Positions 1 through 7,600 of a stretch of 47,670 nucleotides of DNA are shown one piece after another. Numbering within the stretch: the stretch's first letter is position 1; the number at the start of each line of letters is the position of its first letter. The stretch is taken from positions 1 through 47,670 of the IMG/VR virus record IMGVR_UViG_3300011403_000017. One strand, 5' to 3'. The translations under genes were made by a program, and so were the position numbers. The DNA is from a virus (taxonomy: Duplodnaviria > Caudoviricetes). The notes under the pieces were generated by a model. That model was not told where the DNA came from, did no database searches, and saw only the letters and a program-made list of their open reading frames with translations.

Positions 1-11
1 GTAAGTACGAA
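1..11. repeat. Terminal overlap (identical to 47660-47670), indicating a circular assembly or circularly permuted genome
   Basis: gtaagtacgaa occurs at both ends. Joining the ends gives a continuous UDG reading frame (..SNVCKYE|VPPNVGAKR..). Confidence 0.85.
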
Positions 12-2369
12 GTCCCTCCCAACGTAGGGGCCAAGCGTCAGTCGTTCTACGGGCGTGCCGTAGCCCACGGTATCAACGTAGACCAACAACTTGCCGAACT
101 TCAAGTAGAGATAAATGACATTAAACCCAACTGCATACTCGCTCTCGGTGGTACTGCTCTATGGGCACTCTCTGGAAAGTCCAAGATTAGTAAACACAGA
201 GGGTCCATCATGTGGGGAATGGGTACGAAGTTTGTGTCTACCTATCATCCCGCGCACTTGTTACATTCTGCTGCTGGTGGGGAAATCAAGGGATATTATA
301 ATCGACAAATAATGATCTTTGACTTCAAGCGGGCGTGGGAGGAGTCGGCCTCTCCAACACTCGAACTCCCCTCACGGACGTGTCAGATAGCCAACAACTC
401 ATGGGAGTTACACGAGTTCCTAGAACGTCACAAACGTGACCGCAAGCTCGCAGTAGATATAGAAGCTGGTGGTCATTGTCTCCCCGTCTGCATTGGACTA
501 GCCTTCAATAGACATAGCGGCATGACAGTTCCCTTATGGAACCGGGAAGGTATCTCCACGATACCCGACTCGGACTTGGTGAACATGTGGATCATGCTGA
601 TGCAAGTCTTATGGGAGAAAGATATTGTCGGACATAACTTTAATTATGATCGCGACAAGATCAAGCGGCTTGGATTTGCAATCCGAAGAATTAGTTCGGA
701 CACAATGCTCAAGGCATTCGCAATTAACCCTGAACTCCCAAAAGGGCTTGCATTTAATACAAGTATCTATACAAGAGAACCCTTCTATAAAGATGAGGGT
801 ATGTATGAAGGGAGCTATCGAGATTTATTGCTCGGATGCGCGCGTGATGCTTGTGTCACGTATGAAGTAAATGATGCAATGGATGCGGACTTAGACGAAC
901 TAGGCATGAGGAAGTTCTACGAGAATTTCCTAATGAAACTGCCTGACTTCTATCTCGAAATAGAGAACAATGGATTCCGTGTAGACGAGGCTAAGAGAGA
1001 AGAACTGATTCACAAGTATGTCGAGTGGGACGAACGTCTTGGTTATGAGATGTTCCAACTCGCTGGTGATGACGTAAATCCCTCGTCCCCCAAACAAGTC
1101 TCAGAACTCCTGTTCGATACGTGGCGTCTACCTAAACGTCAAGGGACGGGAGAGGAAGAACTTACCGCGCTTCTGAACTTGCAGAACGGAGTGCGTAATC
1201 CCCAACAGAGGGAGTGGGTAGAGAAGTGTCTTGAGCGTCGGCGAGTCAGGAAGACCTTGAGTACTTATCTCATGGCTATCCCAGACTATGACAACAGGAT
1301 GCGCACTACCTGTTTCATGTGTCTGGAGACTGGTCGGACGAGTACGTCCCAACAGAATCCCCCCATACGTCCTCTCGTAGATACCAAAGGCAAGGGCCGA
1401 CAAGTAGACATGAAGCCTATGGGTACGGCCTTTCAGGTGTTCACCAAGCATGGAGACATTGGGGCTGACGTTCGGTCTATGTACTTACCGGACGAAGGGT
1501 GCGTGTTTGTCCAACTGGACTCCAGTCAAGCGGAAGCGCGTGTAGTCTTCAACTTAGCAACTGACGAGCAAGCATTAAAGGACATAGACGAACATGACTA
1601 TCATGCACTTACTGCGTCGTGGTTCTTTGGTGGTGTGGAGGATGATTACTCCAAAAAGATACTCGGATATGAAAGCCCCATTAGATTTGCAGGGAAGACT
1701 CTACGCCATGCGGGGCATCTTGGCGCACAAAAACGTAGAGCCTCGACAGAACTTAATACGCAAGCCCGCAAATATAAAATTCCCCTCACCATTACAGAAG
1801 CACAGGCAGAACGTGCGCTGAAGATATTCCACCAGAAGCAGCCAAAGATTCAAGGAGTGTTTCACCATGAAGTCATCGAATGTCTCAAACGAGACAGAAG
1901 ACTTATCGCACCCCTCCCCTACGGAATTGACGCGGAACGTGGAGGTATACGTATTTTCTATGAACGATGGGGGGATGACCTTTTCAGAGAAGCTCTTGCT
2001 TACTTACCCCAACGAGCTGTCACTGATAATACCAAAGCAGCTGGTATTAGAATTAAGAAGCAATTCTCAGAAGCGAGAATTATTCTTGAAGCACATGACG
2101 CGCTTCTGTTCAGTGTGCGAACTGAGTATCTCGGAGAGTTTCTCCCAATTGCTCGAAAAGAAATGGAACGACCTATAAACTTCACGGCGTGTAGTCTACC
2201 GCGTCGATTTCTGAAGATACCCTGTGACGTAGAAATTGGAGAGAATTATAGGGACTTGAAGAAGTTCAAGTTCGAGGACGAGGACGGACCTGGATGGGAC
2301 AAACAAACTATGGACTTGTCCCAACTAAAGAAAACTATGACTGAGTTTCTGGTACAGGACGTGGAATGA
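3..2369 (+). CDS. polA: 3' part of a UDG-family-A DNA polymerase fusion (gene begins at 47476 across the junction; ~850 aa total)
   Basis: Frame is open from nt 3. It contains the UDG C-half (ILALGGTA, STYHPA), ExoI AVDIE, ExoII GHNFNYD, motif A QLDSSQAEARV, motif B RFAGKTLRHAGHLG and motif C EAHDA. Confidence 0.93.
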   Translation, partial: KYEVPPNVGAKRQSFYGRAVAHGINVDQQLAELQVEINDIKPNCILALGGTALWALSGKSKISKHRGSIMWGMGTKFVSTYHPAHLLHSAAGGEIKGYYNRQIMIFDFKRAWEESASPTLELPSRTCQIANNSWELHEFLERHKRDRKLAVDIEAGGHCLPVCIGLAFNRHSGMTVPLWNREGISTIPDSDLVNMWIMLMQVLWEKDIVGHNFNYDRDKIKRLGFAIRRISSDTMLKAFAINPELPKGLAFNTSIYTREPFYKDEGMYEGSYRDLLLGCARDACVTYEVNDAMDADLDELGMRKFYENFLMKLPDFYLEIENNGFRVDEAKREELIHKYVEWDERLGYEMFQLAGDDVNPSSPKQVSELLFDTWRLPKRQGTGEEELTALLNLQNGVRNPQQREWVEKCLERRRVRKTLSTYLMAIPDYDNRMRTTCFMCLETGRTSTSQQNPPIRPLVDTKGKGRQVDMKPMGTAFQVFTKHGDIGADVRSMYLPDEGCVFVQLDSSQAEARVVFNLATDEQALKDIDEHDYHALTASWFFGGVEDDYSKKILGYESPIRFAGKTLRHAGHLGAQKRRASTELNTQARKYKIPLTITEAQAERALKIFHQKQPKIQGVFHHEVIECLKRDRRLIAPLPYGIDAERGGIRIFYERWGDDLFREALAYLPQRAVTDNTKAAGIRIKKQFSEARIILEAHDALLFSVRTEYLGEFLPIARKEMERPINFTACSLPRRFLKIPCDVEIGENYRDLKKFKFEDEDGPGWDKQTMDLSQLKKTMTEFLVQDVE

Positions 2370-2370
2370 C

Positions 2371-2571
2371 ATGGATGATATAAAATTATTGTTATGGACA
2401 ATAGATAACATCTACACTATTGCTCGTAGGGAGAGTCGTCGCACAGAATTACGACCTGAAATGTGGGCGCACGTTATACGATTATGTGAGAAGGTAGGGG
2501 CAAAATCTCGCACCGTTGGTGTATTAAGGGAGAAAACAAATGACCAAATGGAAGGACGTGATAAGAAGTGA
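2371..2571 (+). CDS. Hypothetical protein (66 aa)
   Basis: ATG 1 nt after the pol stop; operon-like packing. Confidence 0.6.
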   Translation: MDDIKLLLWTIDNIYTIARRESRRTELRPEMWAHVIRLCEKVGAKSRTVGVLREKTNDQMEGRDKK

Positions 2572-2683
2572 TAAGCCTTTTGATTGGAAGAAGGCTTTGG
2601 ATAGAGTTGTAATGACTCCAGAAAGATTAAATGCTCATTTAGAGAAGTTACTAAAGGATAAAGAAAAGACTAATAAGGAGTGA
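2540..2683 (+). CDS. Small basic hypothetical protein (47 aa, MTKWKDVIRS..)
   Basis: Read by hand. GGGAG lies upstream, and the ORF fills the gap ending 1 nt before the ATG at 2685. Confidence 0.55.
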   Translation: MTKWKDVIRSDKPFDWKKALDRVVMTPERLNAHLEKLLKDKEKTNKE

Positions 2684-2684
2684 A

Positions 2685-3962
2685 ATGACGTGGCTCGAAA
2701 AACTATTGAGTCAGCACAATGAACTAGAGTCGCCTACTAACTTTTGGCTGTGGGGTGGGTTAGCGGCAATCTCTGCTGTTGTAAAGGACAACATATGGCT
2801 GGATAGGCAAATCTACAATCTCTATCCGAACATCTACGTGATGTTTCATGCGGACTCTGGGCTGAAAAAGGGTCCACCTATTTCGATGGCGAAACAGTTA
2901 GTCAGAGGTGTCGGCGGAGTGCGCACTATCTCAGGTCGAAGCTCCATCCAAGGCATACTCAAGGAGATGGGTACAGCGCAGACTCAGCCAGGTGGTAAAG
3001 TAAACAACAAGTCTGCTGTATTCATTGCGAGTTCTGAATTGACTTCCTCCATAGTCAGTGACCCAGTAGCTATGGACATCTTGACTGACCTATATGACAG
3101 GCAATACAATATAGGTGAGTGGAGAAGTCTCCTGAAGATGGAGCAATTCAATCTCAAAGACCCTACAGTAACGATGTTGACCGCAACCAATGAGGCGCAC
3201 TCGAATGATTTCTTCGCTAAAAAAGATATTCATGGGGGTTACTTCGCTCGTACTTTCGTTGTTTCTGAAAACCAAAGAAATAGAGCAAACTCACTCTCAG
3301 TTCCGTTGAAGAACCCACCCAAGTATCCAGAGTACGTAGAGTATCTAAAGACTCTAGGCGCACTCAAAGGCCCATTCGAGCCTCTCGGAAGCATCGAGCC
3401 GACAGAGAAGTGTATCTTCCCTCACGTAGACCATACGACCGGAGACACCGCGTATTTCACAGAGGCAGGTCTACACTACGAGAAGTGGTATGAGAACTTC
3501 ATAGACACGACTCTAACTCAAGACTTACGGGACGATACAGGGACGTTGAATCGTTTTGGAGACTCCGTGTTGAAGGTGGCTATGCTGTTGAGTCTTGCGC
3601 GTAGTCCAGAGCTATACATCGACACAGAGAGTATGACTTTAGCTATCTCTTACTGTGAGAAGTTGATAGGAAATGTGAGAGAAATGACTCACGGTAAGAA
3701 GGGACTGTCTGACGCAAAGAGTATCAAGGGTCTGATAATAGCTGAGTTCATGGCCCTAGAAACTCATTCTATCAGTCGGACTCGATTACTCAAGCGAATG
3801 TGGGCGCACTACAAAGAGGCGGGTGAGCTAGACGAGATAATGCTATCGTTCGACCAAGCAGGTATGATTAAGACTCAAACTATAGGTAATCAGATAGTCT
3901 TCGTCATGCCTGATGGTCAAGTGCAAGAATACAAGAGACTATTTTCTGGGAAAGGCAAGTGA
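2685..3962 (+). CDS. DUF3987/YfjI-like P-loop ATPase (candidate replicative helicase) with C-terminal winged-helix-like domain
   Basis: SD aaggag. Motifs ESPTNFWLWGGLAAISA, YPNIYVMFHADSGLKKG (degenerate Walker A), SELTS and GGYFARTFVV. Follows the polymerase gene. Confidence 0.7.
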   Translation: MTWLEKLLSQHNELESPTNFWLWGGLAAISAVVKDNIWLDRQIYNLYPNIYVMFHADSGLKKGPPISMAKQLVRGVGGVRTISGRSSIQGILKEMGTAQTQPGGKVNNKSAVFIASSELTSSIVSDPVAMDILTDLYDRQYNIGEWRSLLKMEQFNLKDPTVTMLTATNEAHSNDFFAKKDIHGGYFARTFVVSENQRNRANSLSVPLKNPPKYPEYVEYLKTLGALKGPFEPLGSIEPTEKCIFPHVDHTTGDTAYFTEAGLHYEKWYENFIDTTLTQDLRDDTGTLNRFGDSVLKVAMLLSLARSPELYIDTESMTLAISYCEKLIGNVREMTHGKKGLSDAKSIKGLIIAEFMALETHSISRTRLLKRMWAHYKEAGELDEIMLSFDQAGMIKTQTIGNQIVFVMPDGQVQEYKRLFSGKGK

Positions 3963-4165
3963 TAATCCCACCACCAAGGTATGAGGAACCAGAAGTACCA
4001 GTCATAGCTGTTACAGAGCACAAGGAAGCAGCTAGGATACGCGCTTACCTCGACGTACCGAACTGGAAGTGCTCGGCGTGTGGCGCCATCATGTTCGGTA
4101 GATGCAAGTTCTGTGCGTACTGCAAGTTCAAGTTGGGGGTAGACACGTGGAAGGAAAAGACATAG
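3959..4165 (+). CDS. Small zinc-ribbon protein
   Basis: WKCSACG..CKFCAYC; GTGA overlap with the upstream stop. Confidence 0.65.
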   Translation: MIIPPPRYEEPEVPVIAVTEHKEAARIRAYLDVPNWKCSACGAIMFGRCKFCAYCKFKLGVDTWKEKT

Positions 4166-4224
4166 ACCTACTAAGAGAGATTTTTGGGGCAGAAAATGTC
4201 GTTGTGATTGATGAGGTGATTCAG

Positions 4225-4449
4225 ATGGAAGGAACTGTCGTACGGCTGTTCTCAGACAAGAAGTTTGGATTCATTCAGGACGCGAACGGAAAGGACTATT
4301 TCTTTCATGCGTCGGACGTGAATGGATTCTTTGACGACCTCGTGGAAGACCTTCAAAGTGGAGAAAAGATTCGTGTGACCTTTGACGTGGTTCAATCTCC
4401 CAAAGGTACGCGTGCAGGTAACGTAACTCGTGTAGATGGAGGTGTATAG
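4225..4449 (+). CDS. Cold-shock domain (CSD) protein
   Basis: MEGTVVRLFSDKKFGFI (RNP1), DYFFHAS (RNP2), KGTRAGNV. SD gaggtg precedes ATG 4225; an in-frame GTG at 4147 is possible. Confidence 0.9.
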   Translation: MEGTVVRLFSDKKFGFIQDANGKDYFFHASDVNGFFDDLVEDLQSGEKIRVTFDVVQSPKGTRAGNVTRVDGGV

Positions 4450-4685
4450 TGGGTGATTATGACGAGAAAGAACAGTACGCACTGCAACAGGTACTTGGTG
4501 GTGGAGCAAATGCAGTTCCAATGCCATCAGGTATGTACATGCGTCGCTCCAAGTTGGAAAGACTGCATGACGCACGGAAAGGACTGGAAGGTAAGTTGGC
4601 AGAAGTGAATAAGGCTATTTCCCTTCTTGAAGCCAATCCTCAAATTAACGAGATTATAGAGGCGTTGGAAAAAGCAGGCGTGTAA
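4449..4685 (+). CDS. Hypothetical coiled-coil protein
   Basis: Overlaps the CSD stop; amphipathic helical C-half. Confidence 0.65.
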   Translation: MGDYDEKEQYALQQVLGGGANAVPMPSGMYMRRSKLERLHDARKGLEGKLAEVNKAISLLEANPQINEIIEALEKAGV

Positions 4686-7600
4686 CTACTCGTCAGGACT
4701 CCATGGGAAGGGGCGTGATACTTGACCAGGATCATTGCCCCAATTCCACGGCATAAGGTCACGCACTCCCCCACCCGTAGTCAACCAATCATTTTCCTCT
4801 GGTATCAGCTTGGCTACAGACTCACCCTTAGAGTAAATCTGTGTACCCCCTCCAAGCATTGCAGCCCCACCAAATATTGGTAGGAGATCAGGATTTTCTT
4901 TGTAAATCTCATTCAAGTCTTGAATGAACAAGGGAACAAACAACTGAGCTGTCCTGTCTCCTACATGGAATGGATTGTATTCCGATGCACTGAATACATC
5001 CCATGCGAATTTAGTTACAGGATTGAGCTTGTTTACAAGAAAGCGTTCCATCATGTCTTCTTGTGTCTGGGCCTGATATCCTGACCCAAAGCGATGGAAC
5101 TCTCCACTGGATGAGGAAGTAGACCCACCCATGTACATACGCCCATACGCCACGGCGAATTGCAGAAACCCACCGCCAAGATCCAACCGCGCATCTCCAA
5201 CACGTACCTTACCGAAGTCTGCAGAAGTAATGTCATCACTCACTTCTGCATCTTCACCAGCAGCATTCTTTACCAACTGACTAGATATGAACCACGCGGC
5301 GGCTGTAGACAGAGCAGCCTTAGCGTACTGTTGTCTGACGAATGGACTAGCCATGACGTAAGTAGCAGGATTCATCATCCTAATTCTACTGTTCAATAGA
5401 CCAGGAGAGAATAGGAATGGTCCAATCTTACTGACTGCATTCTCTAGTGACAATCCACCCTTTGCAGTCGCGTGTCCTGTAGCTGCATTCACAAACTCTG
5501 CAATCTCTTTGGCGAGTACGAGATTATGGTATGGATTCATGTTCATGGCATCTTCATGCCCAATCTTCCGACTGAATCCAATGTTCTCTCCACCCTTAAG
5601 ATGCACGCCTCCCAATAGACCAGGCATAGCAGTCCTACCTGTATCGACTCCTCTGACTGACATATCCTTTGCGAGATTCAATAGCTTCTCAGTCCTGTTG
5701 ACATTCAAGTGATTGAGGAACGTAATGAATGCGCGGTTAGTCGCTCTGATAGGTACGCCAGCAGTGTTACGCCACACCTTAGAGCCTATCCCCTCACCGA
5801 TACCCATCTCCAACCATTTACTCGCAGTCGCCTCAGCCCTTGGCCCTACGCCCTCACTCGCAGGACTAAACATCTTTACGCCAATTTCCTCACCGAATGA
5901 CGGCATAACCCTACCGTCTGAACTTATCCTTCGACGCATAAGAGGCTTGGCCCGTAAGTCCGCGTCTATCTGCTTATAACTGTCATAAGATAGTCCCTTG
6001 AACATTGCCCAAGACGCCTTCCAAAACTCAGGCGTAGCTATCATAGACAAGCCTTGTCTACCTGGAGCAGACAAGTCAAGCATAGTCGTAGCATTAGTGG
6101 GTACTGCAAGAGCCTCTTTAACCCAACTAAATTCTTTTGCCTTTTTAGCTACTCCTTGTTGTGTAGGAGTTCCCCCTCCAGCTGTTGGAGTATTGCTAGG
6201 AACAGTTGTCGGCCCTCCTCCTCTGGCACCTGCTGACTTAACTCCCGTTGGTGAGAGAATGTCTTCGCTAGTAGCTGGTCGCCCCCTTGACTCTGTATAG
6301 ATATGAAGTAATTCCTGAATTTCTGGACTGTAGCTCCCAGACTTTCGTCCTCCGGGGGTAACGAGGTTTGTTCCCCGTCCTGCACCCTTCCCCCTAAGGA
6401 CTGCTTCGAGGGCATCCGCATGTTGGAAGGCGGTTCCTGTCCCTGTTTTGGCATATATATCACCTAGTCTCTTAATCCAGTCTGTACCATGACCCACGAG
6501 TCCCAGTTGACCGGATACCTGACGCAGATACGTCGCTAGATAACGTCCTACACGCGGGTCATTCATGTCCTTTGGACTAATGACGATATCATACGAAGTT
6601 GGACTATCCTTTCCAATATGCGCAGCCTCGTGGAGTAGAGTCTCTACGGCTGACAACGCAGCAGTTTTGGGGTCATTCGGATTATCCAATATATGTGCAA
6701 AGAGATTTAACAGAATCCCAGATTCAGCTTTGGGCGCGCTAGGATTAGGTATGTGATGCCCATACAGATACCTGTCATCAGGCATATAGATGCCTGACCT
6801 GACTAGTTTCATCTGGTCATATGAGATACCCCGTGCAACTAGAACATCATCAAGAAGTTTGTCGATGATTTGCTGAACAGAACGAATAGCAGGACTATTC
6901 TTGATGAAATCCAATTCATGAGGAAGTAGTCTATCTCCATTGTCAAAGAATACTGTCTCTCGCATGGTTCCACCACGCGGAGCTGAAACAGTACCCATCT
7001 GACCCCACAACTTAGCCAAATCCTTCTGCTTATTACTAGCCATAGGATCGGCTACATACTGATTGACACCTTGTGTTACTTGACTCCAGATATGATCCTT
7101 TACGGACTCACGTTGTACAGGAAATGGATATTCAGGAGACAGTTCTTCGACTTGTGGCTTCAAATCTACTACTACCTCACTTGGTACTCCATTTTTCTCC
7201 TCTCCATAACTGTGCCACTGCTCGAACTGCCACATGCCATTATTTAGTACTTGAATAGTAGTTCCAGTAAATGTACCCGTTCTAGCCTTTTCAGGTATAA
7301 TTATATCTGCTTTAACATTTCCATTATCAAGTGTTATATCAGTAGCTACTATTTTGTCATTTGGATTTCCTGTCAACGTATGTTCTTTAACTGATTCCCA
7401 TGGATTTCTTTTGTAAGAAATCTTACCAGTTCTATTTCTGCTATAGTCAAGAATACTTGTCATGGAATTTTTTCCATCCCATGCATCTTGATCTTCTTTA
7501 AGTAGAGTTTCAAATTTAGTCCCCGTGGGCGTGTCATCTGGAACCACTTCAGGTTTAATATCAAATCCCTCTGGATTCAGTATGTCTTCAGGTTTACCCG

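Noticed and set aside
1-60. UdgX-type covalent uracil-trapping enzyme (GAKRQ loop at the R-loop position)
   Set aside because: It lacks the KRRIH motif and the catalytic His of UdgX.
210-2369. Modified-base genome (dZ, dU or hmU) suggested by the unusual polymerase
   Set aside because: No purZ, dUTPase, dCMP deaminase, thymidylate-synthase-like or glycosyltransferase gene was recognised.
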